Sequence record: SRR2962707_917
Length of the DNA stretch: 52,030 bases
Strand: one strand, 5' to 3'
Below the pieces are notes generated by a model. That model was not told the DNA's origin and did no database searches. It saw nothing but the letters and a program-made list of their open reading frames with translations. Below are positions 32,301 through 40,997 of the stretch, piece by piece. The position numbers were made by a program, and so were the translations under genes. How positions within the stretch are numbered: position 1 is the stretch's first letter; every line of letters starts with the position of its first letter.

Positions 32301-33949
32301 ATTTCACAGTCTCGCTGATGCTACACACCTGTTTGGCAGATACACGAGACAACGCCCGCGAAATTGCCCGTGAACCGATGAAAGACTATCTGCGTTCGGC
32401 GGCTGGATTGATCAAGCAATATGCGTGGGCTTTCCCTGCCTTCAAACGCCCAGAAGGGGTCAAAGACGCTTTCCAGCTGGATTTGGGTAGCTTGGACACA
32501 TCAGAGCTTGAAGAGATTCTCGACTTTGCCTTTGAACGTTACTTCAACGACAGCGGTCTTTTCGGCACGATGGAAGACGCTTTGGCACGCACCGAACAGC
32601 TTAAGCGTATTGGCGTCGATGAAATCGCCTGCCTGATCGATTACGGCATCGCGCCGGATCAGGTTATGGAGGGGCTGAAGCCTTTGGCCCAAGTCGTCAA
32701 ACAAGCCAACATCGCCCCAGAACTCGACGAAGACGATTTCTCAATCGCAGCGCAAATCATTCGGCACGACGTCACTCACCTGCAATGCACGCCGTCTATG
32801 GCGCGGATGATTGCGATGAACGACGAGGCCCGCTTTGCTCTGGGTCGCGTGAAACATTTGATGCTGGGCGGAGAGCCCCTTCCCGGTGCTTTGGTCGAGG
32901 AATTCGCACAAATCACAACCGCCGGGCTTGAGAACATGTACGGACCGACCGAGACGACGATTTGGTCTTCGACCGAGACGGCCAACAAAACCGACTCTGT
33001 GGTAAACATCGGGACACCCATCGCAAATACACAGCTCTATGTTCTGGATGAGACCCAACAGCCTGTGGCCGTGGGTGTTCCAGGCGAGCTTTGGATCGGT
33101 GGCGACGGTGTTACACGAGGATATTGGCAGCGCGAAGAACTTACTGCTGAGCGGTTTGTCCCCAACCCATTCCACAAGGGGCGGATGTATCGCACCGGTG
33201 ACTTGGTCCGCCAGCGCGCGGATGGCCGGATCGATTTTATTGGCCGCGTCGATCATCAGGTGAAAATGCGCGGATACCGGATTGAGCTTGGCGAAATCGA
33301 AGCTGCAATCGAAGCGACGAACGGCATCACCCAAGCCGTTGTCGTTGCCCGTGAAGATACGCCCGGCGACATGCGATTGGTTGGCTATTACACAGCAGAA
33401 AGTCAAATAGACGAAGCCGCCATGAAGGTCGAAATGGCGAAGGGCTTGCCTGATTTCATGGTTCCAACGCGGTTCATGAAGCTAAGCTCCTTCCCGCTGA
33501 CGCCAAACAAAAAGGTCGATCGCAACGCCCTACCCGCGCCGATTGCCAAAGCGCCTGCGCCCAAAAAGGCGATTATTGCCCCGGTTGCAACAGCCAGCGC
33601 CTCTGGCGATTTGCAAACGCAAGTTGCTCAGATTTGGGAATCTGTCCTGGGTGTCCAAGGGATCAACCCAACCGACAACTTCTTTGAGTTAGGTGGTCAT
33701 TCCTTGCTGGCTGTGCAGGCGCATCGCTCTATTCGTGACACGCTGGGTGCGAAAGGTCTGTCGATCACAGATGTCTTCCGCTTCCCAACGCTTGAAGCCT
33801 TGGCAAATCGGGTTTCCGCTTTGGTTGGTGCCGATACTGCACCGTCGGTGCCGGCACAGAAACCAGCAGCACCGCAAAATGAGCGAGCACAATCCAGAAC
33901 GGACGCTATGGCGCGCCGTCGGGAAATGCGCGCACGGCGTCGGGCCTAA
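29357..33949 (+). CDS. NRPS-like loading protein: formyltransferase - C remnant - A domain interrupted by a luciferase-like monooxygenase - PCP
   Basis: Formyltransferase NFHDGPLP...VDEGDI; A3 YTSGSTGLPKG, A4 FDIS, LLM insert (WTPERHFHAFGG, HHPARIAEEW, SGWQPDDF), A5 NMYGPTE, A7 YRTGD, A8 GRVDHQVKMRGYRIELGEIE, A10 PNKKVDR; PCP LGGHSL. TTG at 29354 is an alternative start. Confidence 0.92.
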   Translation: MALFSSVVIGNESLLVQCSEKLLARGHSISAVVTQNPDIRKWAETKGLPVIEQDKGQEAALSALTFDWLLSIANLAIIPQNVLNMAKQGAVNFHDGPLPKHAGLNAPVWALLEGETEHGITWHLIEGGVDEGDILAQRLFPVTSTDTALTLNTKCYEAAMDSFGDLMAQLETGAPLREAQDLTKRSYHALAARPTAGGLLDFSRPAVDLERLVRALDHGPYWNPLCAAKFSVNGALWLVGHAKLTESHAAPGSVIEATDKHLTVACGEHALVLTDIRSISGTDVAPSDIVKSGGVLTLMTAEDIAKIDDAIASTAAGTNKFRKALSKLTPAEISGVTNASASIESRTLNLEGSETVLAEIALWVAQTAQSDLCDIAYSNAAVKQLSETGHVAPWSPFRINAKGSFDGLVKAVDQAIASARKIPGFATDLIARDPALEQPTQPHIGLSEGAGPIAGCVLTVELGDTPALHFDSGRISAAHAELLAARLELLAKTDNKTVSVVPELSSTERDLVLNSWNKTDTDYDRALTMHRAFEAQVAKTPNAPALVFENTTLTYADLNARANRVANVLQQMGVVPGKVVGLCTKRSLDLLVGALAILKAGGAYLPMDPAYPADRLAHFIKDSGAPVIITQSALVPTLPQHDAQVLEIDTDPRIAAAPESNLDDTSNRDDLAYLIYTSGSTGLPKGVMIEHGNVINFYVGMDDRVSHDPAGTWLAVTSLSFDISVLELFYATARGFKVVISSDEDRTMISKGPMPMSDRGMQFSLYYWGNDDGAGRDKYRLLLEGAQFADKNGFCAVWTPERHFHAFGGPYPNPSVTGAAVASITRNIGVRGGSVVAPLHHPARIAEEWAVIDNLTDGKAGMAIASGWQPDDFVLRPENTPPENKSAMIESIKVLRKLWEGDAVPFPRKDGTMHEVVTQPRPVSKKLPVWVTTAGNPETWREAGKLGCNVLTHLLGQSVEEVEEKIKLYHEALRQAGHDPKDFTVSLMLHTCLADTRDNAREIAREPMKDYLRSAAGLIKQYAWAFPAFKRPEGVKDAFQLDLGSLDTSELEEILDFAFERYFNDSGLFGTMEDALARTEQLKRIGVDEIACLIDYGIAPDQVMEGLKPLAQVVKQANIAPELDEDDFSIAAQIIRHDVTHLQCTPSMARMIAMNDEARFALGRVKHLMLGGEPLPGALVEEFAQITTAGLENMYGPTETTIWSSTETANKTDSVVNIGTPIANTQLYVLDETQQPVAVGVPGELWIGGDGVTRGYWQREELTAERFVPNPFHKGRMYRTGDLVRQRADGRIDFIGRVDHQVKMRGYRIELGEIEAAIEATNGITQAVVVAREDTPGDMRLVGYYTAESQIDEAAMKVEMAKGLPDFMVPTRFMKLSSFPLTPNKKVDRNALPAPIAKAPAPKKAIIAPVATASASGDLQTQVAQIWESVLGVQGINPTDNFFELGGHSLLAVQAHRSIRDTLGAKGLSITDVFRFPTLEALANRVSALVGADTAPSVPAQKPAAPQNERAQSRTDAMARRREMRARRRA

Positions 33950-33953
33950 GACT

Positions 33954-34622
33954 ATGTCAGTAAGCGGGCTCAATACATTGCTAGACGATATCCGAGAGGA
34001 ACTTCCTTCTTGGCTGTCAATTGCCGTTTCTGATCCGACCGATCCGGGAAAACACGACCTTTTTCCGACAGAGCAGGCTGCCGTTGCCCGGGCAATCGTA
34101 CGACGGCGGGATGAATTCGCGGCTGGTCGACGGGCGGCGCGTAACGCGCTCACAGCGATGAACAAGCCTGCCGGCGAAATTCCTATGGCCGAGGACAGAT
34201 CTCCGGTTTGGCCTAATGGCGTCACGGGGAGCATAACTCACACGCATTCCGCATGTGTTGCGGTGCTGGCCTCGACCGACAACGTCAAATGTATTGGCGT
34301 AGACCTTGAAGAACACTTGCCGATTGAAAACGAACTCATACCCAGCATTTGCACCGAGAATGAGTTGAATATTCTGAATGACGAGGCGCCGTCGATCGCT
34401 GCGCGCCGGATCTTCTGTGGCAAGGAAGCGGCGTATAAAACCCAGTATCAGATCAGTCATACGTTGATTGGGTTTGAAGCTTTGGAGCTTTGTCGCAAGT
34501 CGTCCTCAAAAATGGTGTTCAAGTTCACCAGGAGTGTCGCCCCGTTTCGGAAAGATGACACAATGACGATTCGACAATGGGCCGATCATGGCGTGATTTT
34601 GTCAGTCGCCTGGATGCACTAG
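33954..34622 (+). CDS. 4'-phosphopantetheinyl transferase (EntD/Sfp-like)
   Basis: RRDEFAAGR, PVWPNGVTGSITH, IGVDLE, FCGKEAAYK; ATG 4 nt after the NRPS stop. Confidence 0.92.
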   Translation: MSVSGLNTLLDDIREELPSWLSIAVSDPTDPGKHDLFPTEQAAVARAIVRRRDEFAAGRRAARNALTAMNKPAGEIPMAEDRSPVWPNGVTGSITHTHSACVAVLASTDNVKCIGVDLEEHLPIENELIPSICTENELNILNDEAPSIAARRIFCGKEAAYKTQYQISHTLIGFEALELCRKSSSKMVFKFTRSVAPFRKDDTMTIRQWADHGVILSVAWMH

Positions 34623-34625
34623 CCA

Positions 34626-34644
34626 CCGTACCGTCGCGGTACGG
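34626..34644 (+). terminator. Hairpin just after the PPTase stop (possible terminator or 3' stabiliser)
   Basis: CCGTACCG-tcg-CGGTACGG perfect 8-bp stem; no T tract. Confidence 0.35.
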
Positions 34645-34892
34645 AACCGAAGGGGCGTAACCGCGCTCAAACGGTAAAATCTGTACATATTTTCGTGAAA
34701 ACCGCCCAATTGCGGCGAAAATATGTTCAGAAACGCGATCTTGGAAATGCACTGTTTCCCGCTGCGCAAGGAATTTTCGTGGCGGAATTTAGGCAATTAA
34801 TATATATTAAGACATGAAAGTGACGTGTCTTTTTGTGATGGATCCGTCCCTTTTGGCACGCAATGGGGGCACACTTTGCGGGAGCAAACTAA

Positions 34893-36209
34893 ATGAACCA
34901 GTTCCAATCGCTTGGCGAGGTTATCTCTGCCTTTAAGCGACGTTTTTTACTAGTCTTAGTCATCATCGCTATTGGTAGCGCCATCTCTGTCTACTTTGCA
35001 TTAAACCAGACTCAACGTTTTGCTGCGACCGCAGTGGTGCAAATTGAAGGCGCAACCGTCTCGAATGCAACGGCGACTCAAAGTCGGTTTGGCAGCGAGG
35101 CGGCGATGCAAATTCGGCTTATAGAACAACGTTTGATGTCGCGCGACAACTTGGCTGCGGTGATTGAGAAATTCAATCTATACTCTGCAAACACGGAACT
35201 AAGCATCAACGAAAAAGTTGTTCTGCTGCGCGAAGAAGTTCGTGTTAGTCCAATTTTGAACCCAGCTCAGGCTTGGCAAGCGAACGCGACGCCATCGGGG
35301 CTCACCATCAATGTTGAAATGGGCGATGCCCAGAGCGCCGCTGATGTCGCCAATGACTTTCTTTACACTGTCATTGATTCCTCCCGCGAACGCGGTGCCG
35401 AGCGTACCGAGAGCACATTGGAATTCTATGCCGCAGAAGAATCTCGAATGAGCGCTGAGATTGAGGAACTGTCGAACCAAATTGCTCAATTCAAGATCGA
35501 GAATGCGGATTACCTTCCTGCCGGACAAACGTCATTGCGGACTCAACTGGGTAACTTGCACAACACAGAGCTGTCCCTTGAGCAGCAAATCGTTTCGCTT
35601 CAAAGCGGTTCCTCTCGTCAACGCCAGGATGTTGTGGATCAACAAGTCAGCCTGCTCGAAGATCAGAAGACATTGATCACATCCCGCATCGCCAATATTG
35701 AAAACGCCTTGCTTGAAGCCCCCGAAGTTGAAAAAGAGTTTGACGCTCTGACACGCGATCTGACGCGGCTTCAGGATCAGTACTCGGTTATCACACGCCG
35801 CAAAGACGACGCTGAACTTGATTTCACGTTAGAGAACAATCAAAAAGCGGGTAAATTTGAAATCCTGGAAACAGCGATTGTACCAGAGCACCCAATTTCC
35901 AGAAGCCCGAAAGTTGTTGCAGCAATGGGCGTTGTCGCGACTATTCTGGTAGCCATTACGGCAGTTTTGGGCCTTGAAATGACCAACCCAGTCATCCGCA
36001 CGGCCGCTCAGTTGGAACGAGCAATGGGCGTGCAGCCCGTCATCTCAATTCCGCATGTTCATACCAAAAAGGACAAGCGTAAAGGCTTGACCAAGCGCTT
36101 GCTTGGACTGGTCGTTCTTTTGACTGGTTTAGGAGTTGCCGCGCGGTATCTTCAAGATTGGATTGGCAATCTGAACATTATGCCAAGAAGACTAAACGAG
36201 CAGCCATAA
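34893..36209 (+). CDS. Polysaccharide co-polymerase (GumC / Wzc periplasmic part, no kinase domain)
   Basis: TM helices near both termini, long coiled-coil periplasmic region, ILETAIVPEHPISRSP proline motif before TM2. Confidence 0.85.
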   Translation: MNQFQSLGEVISAFKRRFLLVLVIIAIGSAISVYFALNQTQRFAATAVVQIEGATVSNATATQSRFGSEAAMQIRLIEQRLMSRDNLAAVIEKFNLYSANTELSINEKVVLLREEVRVSPILNPAQAWQANATPSGLTINVEMGDAQSAADVANDFLYTVIDSSRERGAERTESTLEFYAAEESRMSAEIEELSNQIAQFKIENADYLPAGQTSLRTQLGNLHNTELSLEQQIVSLQSGSSRQRQDVVDQQVSLLEDQKTLITSRIANIENALLEAPEVEKEFDALTRDLTRLQDQYSVITRRKDDAELDFTLENNQKAGKFEILETAIVPEHPISRSPKVVAAMGVVATILVAITAVLGLEMTNPVIRTAAQLERAMGVQPVISIPHVHTKKDKRKGLTKRLLGLVVLLTGLGVAARYLQDWIGNLNIMPRRLNEQP

Positions 36210-36230
36210 AAGGCTGCTCGACTTTTCTTT
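36197..36230. terminator. Probable bidirectional terminator between convergent co-polymerase and BY-kinase genes
   Basis: CGAGCAGCC-ataaaa-GGCTGCTCG perfect 9-bp stem, followed by ACTTTTCTTT; the loop contains the upstream gene's TAA. Confidence 0.7.
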
Positions 36231-37683
36231 AGTAGCTGTAACGTTCAAGCTCAACGCCTTCGGCATTGTTCAGAATACACCCCAACAATGGGGTGTCGGC
36301 GCCTAAGCGCTGTTCCACTTGTTTGATTTCCTTGGGCGTTGTCGTGCCGCCGCCAATAACCAGAAGAACCGCGTCATAAACTGACTTCATAGCGATAACG
36401 TCGTCGTAATAAAGCGCTGGTGGCAAATCGAACAAGACAACATCCGGTTCAAAATCCGCTTCGATTTCCTGCAGAACGCTTTCCGTCATGGAATCTTGAA
36501 GAAGCTCAGAGGCGTAGGATTCAGTCTGATCATTGAAACCAATCGCAAGCTTGCGGCTAACGTGTATCAGGTTGTCGCCTAAACACCGCAGGTGATCCCC
36601 AGGCAGTACCTTTCCGCGAAGCACGTCTCCAATGCTGCCAGGATTTTTCAAACCAAACACCTTGTGCAAACTTGGGTTTCGCAAATCGAAATCAAGCAAC
36701 AACGTTCGAAAATTCTCTTGACGGGAAAGACTTAGCGCGAGGTTAGACGCGGTAAATGTCTTACCACAGTCTTTTGTCGGAGAGGTGATTGCCACGCGTC
36801 TGATTTTTTTGTCTTGGACCGCTTGTAAAAGGCGCGTGCGTAAAACGTCAAATGTCGTGTGAGCCGGATCGGTCCGGGCCGCCGTAACAACGCGTGTACG
36901 CTCAAGGTGAGCTTCTACGATGGGAATATCACGCAAAGAATCCCAATTAGCCTGAACGGAGTTCACGGATCTAGGCTTAACGTGAAGAGGCTTATCTTCG
37001 TCTTCATCGTCCCACTCTTCATCCGCGTCCAATTGAACGCCATCGTCTTGTGGTTCGGTATTCTCTTGTGGATCCGGAACAAAGATAGGCTGTCCCAGTT
37101 GAACAGGCACCTCCGCTTCGACCTTGGCTTCCTCAATTTCAGCCTCTTCCGTTTCTTCAATTGCAAGGGCTTCGAGTTCCAGTGTGCGACGCTCTTCATC
37201 TGCGCGTTTCTTGGCATCCGCGATTTCCTGCAATCGCTGACGCACTTCTTCACGTTTGGCTTCAGCCTCGCGAAGCGACGCTTCTTCAGCAGCAATCTCT
37301 GCATCCATTTCAGCCTGCGCTGCCGCTTTGGCCGCAGCCAGACGAGCTTTCTTTTCAGCAAGGCGTCTGGCTTTTTCGCGCGCCATCATCTGTGCTTTTT
37401 TAGCGGCCCGCGCGGCCTCTCTTTCTGAGATGTTTTTGGCAGTCGGCTTTTCTGTGGGTGTATTCACGGATTCGCCCCCTGAGTCAGCGACAGATTTCTG
37501 CACGCCTGTAGAGCGTGCGGTGACTTTACGGCTGGCATTTATGCCATCTTCCGGGAAGCTGCGCTTAAGACGGGCTTTGGGGGGAATAGGAACATCAACA
37601 CCGGGTTCGATTTCATCCAGCACTTTGCTGCGTGTCACACCCTCTTCGCCCGTACGGCGTTTGAACTTACGACGTTCCATCAT
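36229..37683 (-). CDS. CpsD/CapB-family bacterial tyrosine kinase with a long charged N-terminal extension
   Basis: FDVLRTRL, Walker A TSPTKDCGKT, A' LDFDLRNP, B LFDLPP, LGCILN, C-terminal YSY. Confidence 0.85.
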   Translation of the reverse strand: MMERRKFKRRTGEEGVTRSKVLDEIEPGVDVPIPPKARLKRSFPEDGINASRKVTARSTGVQKSVADSGGESVNTPTEKPTAKNISEREAARAAKKAQMMAREKARRLAEKKARLAAAKAAAQAEMDAEIAAEEASLREAEAKREEVRQRLQEIADAKKRADEERRTLELEALAIEETEEAEIEEAKVEAEVPVQLGQPIFVPDPQENTEPQDDGVQLDADEEWDDEDEDKPLHVKPRSVNSVQANWDSLRDIPIVEAHLERTRVVTAARTDPAHTTFDVLRTRLLQAVQDKKIRRVAITSPTKDCGKTFTASNLALSLSRQENFRTLLLDFDLRNPSLHKVFGLKNPGSIGDVLRGKVLPGDHLRCLGDNLIHVSRKLAIGFNDQTESYASELLQDSMTESVLQEIEADFEPDVVLFDLPPALYYDDVIAMKSVYDAVLLVIGGGTTTPKEIKQVEQRLGADTPLLGCILNNAEGVELERYSY

Positions 37684-37906
37684 ATCTGGTTACCCCTTAC
37701 AGATGCGGCAGAAAATGATCCGACACTGAAAAACGGCGGATTGGTTTTTCTTAGATGGGACATACATTCACCTGCACACACTGTTTGACTCCAAGCGATT
37801 TCGCCCGGCAAAGACTATCAACTACACATCCATACACCCGATCAATCTGTCCAAAGTAAGTCCAGATTGGGGGGATTGTTGACAAATAGGATGTAGTCCA
37901 GCCACC

Positions 37907-40015
37907 TTAAAAACCAAACAGGTTCGCTTTGGTGATCGCTTTTTCAATGAAAACTGCTTTGTCTTCTTCCGGAGTCCAACCCAATTCCTGCTTCGGCTTG
38001 GTGTTTACAAAGGGCGAGAAATGCGCCCGGCTTTTCCAATCTGCCAATGAGGGCTTAGGCACGTCGCGACGACGCAAAGCATGGGTTTTCAGTACTTGTT
38101 TCACCAAATCTACAGCCCAGAACACGTTCAAATTTCCCGAACTGACCCTGATCCGAGCGCCCAGCGCTTCGTTGATCGCATCAAAATAGTCGCGACCGCT
38201 CATCATGGGCTCTCCAACCAGATTGAAAGACTGACCCAGGATCGAGTCATCGTCGATCATTTTGACAAGCCCATCGACGACATCATCGATCAGGACGAAA
38301 GGTAGCGTGTTGCGACCATGTCCCCAGATGCGTACAGCGCCCGCACCATGCCAACGGCCAATGCCCCAATGCTGCAACGGTCCGCCTTCGCCCACCACAA
38401 TACCGGGACGCGCGATAACAAGGGGCAAACCCCGCTCTTTGTGCAGGGCCAACAACTGACGCTCACATTCTGCTTTCGACCGGGCATAGAGATTTCGGTT
38501 TTCGAGATCATCACCAAAACTGGTGTCTTCGTTGATCTGAGACTTTGGATCAGACATATCGTAGCTTGCGATTGTGCCGGTATAGACCAGCCGTTTGACC
38601 CCTGCGGCTTCGACGGCCTCGGCGATCCGAACGGCGACGCCGACGTCATTCTTAAGGGAATCTGCCCATGTCGTATCCATGGATTTCGCGAGGTTAAAGA
38701 CCACCTCGATCCCGTCCATTGCGGCAATCAAAGCCTCTTTGTCGTATAGCGATGCAGCCACTGTTTCCACATTGTCAGGCAGATCAGGGAATGGCCCCGT
38801 TTTACCACGGCTTAGCACACGCACGTCGCGCCCGTCGGCCACCAATCGCCGTGTAAGCGCCCGACCAATAAAGCCGGTTCCCCCGATAACCATCGCAGTT
38901 GGCTTGGGATCTCGGGTTTTCACAGCCGGGGCTGCGGCCTTTAGCATGTCAGCGGGAACCAAAGCCAAAGCTTCGTCTAAGGTCTGCATGACGGTCACAG
39001 CGCTGGCTCCGCTGAACCGAGCATCTGGCGCCCGATTTTCACGAATGGCGTCATAGATGCCGGTGTCCATGCCACGAAAGCTTAGGCCATAAGCGGACTT
39101 GCGGTTCAACGACACAACTTGTGTACCGAGATTGCCAAGCCCTTCGCGCAAGTGCTGCCAGCTCAGGTCAAGCTGACGTCGCAAGGGGTTCACGACAAGG
39201 TCCGACGCGTTTTCACGATCGACAATGAGCGTGTCAGCGGCATAGTCAAAACGAGCACGGCCGGAAGACCCTTTTAGTGTCACGGATCGGTCATCGACGG
39301 TTTCAACCAGCGAAATATTGAAGGTGACATCAACATCACCCGCACGGGCCAAAATGCGCCAGCTTTGGTAACGGGTGTCCGCACCCGGCAGATCAGTCGG
39401 CTTGGCCAGCTCAACTCTTAGAATCTCTGGCTTCCCAAACAAATCTACCGCAAAGCCCATCAAATGCGGCCCAAGTTCCAGCAAGAGGTTCTTTGGCTGA
39501 CGCAGCAGCCACAACCCAAAGGGACCAGAGCGCAGGGGCGCCAACGGGAAACACCAATTGATTTCGGCACTGGAAATGCGGCCAAACTCCCCAGCCTGCA
39601 TTTTTGTTTTCAACCGATCATACGACGGCAGCCCCAAAAAGTTATGACCGGCGTGGAACCGTTTTCCCGCTTTCTGAGCGGCCGCCTCGATCTCGACAGT
39701 TTGTTCAGCGCTTTCGGCGACCGGCTTTTCGACCAATACATGCAACCCGCCTTCAAGACACTGGATCGCTAAGCTGTGGTGAAGGTTGGGCGGAGTCAGA
39801 ATGTGAACCGCATCACAAACATTGGCGTCGATCAGATCTTCAACTGACCCAAAGGCTTGTGCACCGTACCCAAGAGCCAAGCCTTGTGCGGTGGCAAGTG
39901 AGACGTCGCAAACCGCCGTCACCTCAACACCCGGTGTGCCTTTCAGGGCATCTGCATGCCAAGTTGCGATATAACCAGCCCCAATCAGGCCAACGCGAAT
40001 GGTATCAGTCGACAT
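37907..40015 (-). CDS. Fusion of Gfo/Idh/MocA oxidoreductase and NAD-dependent epimerase/dehydratase (extended SDR)
   Basis: N-half GLIGAGYIA, HVLVEKP; C-half IGGTGFIG, YARSK (YxxxK), RPGIVVG. ATG at 40015 after AAGGA. Confidence 0.88.
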   Translation of the reverse strand: MSTDTIRVGLIGAGYIATWHADALKGTPGVEVTAVCDVSLATAQGLALGYGAQAFGSVEDLIDANVCDAVHILTPPNLHHSLAIQCLEGGLHVLVEKPVAESAEQTVEIEAAAQKAGKRFHAGHNFLGLPSYDRLKTKMQAGEFGRISSAEINWCFPLAPLRSGPFGLWLLRQPKNLLLELGPHLMGFAVDLFGKPEILRVELAKPTDLPGADTRYQSWRILARAGDVDVTFNISLVETVDDRSVTLKGSSGRARFDYAADTLIVDRENASDLVVNPLRRQLDLSWQHLREGLGNLGTQVVSLNRKSAYGLSFRGMDTGIYDAIRENRAPDARFSGASAVTVMQTLDEALALVPADMLKAAAPAVKTRDPKPTAMVIGGTGFIGRALTRRLVADGRDVRVLSRGKTGPFPDLPDNVETVAASLYDKEALIAAMDGIEVVFNLAKSMDTTWADSLKNDVGVAVRIAEAVEAAGVKRLVYTGTIASYDMSDPKSQINEDTSFGDDLENRNLYARSKAECERQLLALHKERGLPLVIARPGIVVGEGGPLQHWGIGRWHGAGAVRIWGHGRNTLPFVLIDDVVDGLVKMIDDDSILGQSFNLVGEPMMSGRDYFDAINEALGARIRVSSGNLNVFWAVDLVKQVLKTHALRRRDVPKPSLADWKSRAHFSPFVNTKPKQELGWTPEEDKAVFIEKAITKANLFGF

Positions 40016-40025
40016 GTAAAAATCC

Positions 40026-40997
40026 TTACTTGTATTCAATGATGCGCATCTGCGCGCGCCGGAGACGTCGCCAATGGAAAACGGCGATACCCAGCATGTT
40101 TGGAAATTTGGAAAGCGTCAGAAGAACGGCGTGCCGTCTTGCCTCAGCTGAGGGGAGCTCTTCGCGCTGCAACCCTTGAACGGTGCGCACATATGACATG
40201 ACATACACCGCCAGGACAGCAATCGGGATCACCCAAGAGATGAAAGCGCCAAGCAGAAACACCAAAGGCAAGATCAGCCCGTAAACCAGAACGCGTTTAC
40301 GCTCGCGCACAAAGTAATCGGGATGCAAAAAGCCAACTTGCGCAAATCCATGACCAGAGCGAACGCCACGCTGCCACCATTGGCCAAAGCGTGTCATGTC
40401 CGCGTCATGACGCGTCATTTCATGTGGGATACGCTCGAGCTTCCAACCGGACTTGCGCAAGCGCGTGCAAAACTCGTCATCTTCGGCGGCAATGACAGTC
40501 GGATCAAATCCACTGACCAAAGCGAACGCTTCGGCGCGGACCATCATGTCTCCACCGCAAGCCATGATTTCTCCGGCTGGACGACGCCATTCGAAATCAC
40601 AAAGCTGGTTGTATAGGCTCACATCGCGGTTGATCTCTGAACGCCAGCCGGTCACCACTGCAAGATCGGGATGTGCTTCAAGATGGGTTCGACCTAGGTC
40701 AATCCAACCGTCAACCAAGGCACAGTCACCATCGACAAATTGCACGAACTCTGGTGTCGGACCGCTTAACATCAGCGCATCAAATCCGGCATTTCGGGCG
40801 CGTGCCGCGGTAAATGGCACCGACATATCCAAGTTTACAATTTCTGCACCAACCGCCTCAGCCTCAGCAAGACTGCCATCGGTCGATCCGGAATCCACAT
40901 AAACGATGCGCCGCGCCTGTCCCTGAGCCGCCGCCAAGGCATTGATCAGGCGCTGCCCTTCGTTTCGTCCAATGAGGACCACATCAACAGCTGTCAT
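40026..40997 (-). CDS. GT2 glycosyltransferase
   Basis: VVLIGRNEG, YVDSGSTD, ARARNAG, FVDGD, AEDDE; ATGA overlap with the upstream GT4 stop. Confidence 0.9.
   Translation of the reverse strand: MTAVDVVLIGRNEGQRLINALAAAQGQARRIVYVDSGSTDGSLAEAEAVGAEIVNLDMSVPFTAARARNAGFDALMLSGPTPEFVQFVDGDCALVDGWIDLGRTHLEAHPDLAVVTGWRSEINRDVSLYNQLCDFEWRRPAGEIMACGGDMMVRAEAFALVSGFDPTVIAAEDDEFCTRLRKSGWKLERIPHEMTRHDADMTRFGQWWQRGVRSGHGFAQVGFLHPDYFVRERKRVLVYGLILPLVFLLGAFISWVIPIAVLAVYVMSYVRTVQGLQREELPSAEARRHAVLLTLSKFPNMLGIAVFHWRRLRRAQMRIIEYK

Noticed and set aside
33693-33953. Long N-terminal extension of the PPTase ORF (likewise extensions of addA, addB, senC, 40026..41072, 47354..48832 and soeA in the ORF track)
   Set aside because: Most extensions overlap neighbouring genes or lack an RBS; downstream starts fit RBS, stop-start coupling or family N-termini better.
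37256-37729. Ala/Ser-rich plus-strand ORF
   Set aside because: Antisense shadow of the low-complexity N-terminus of the BY-kinase.
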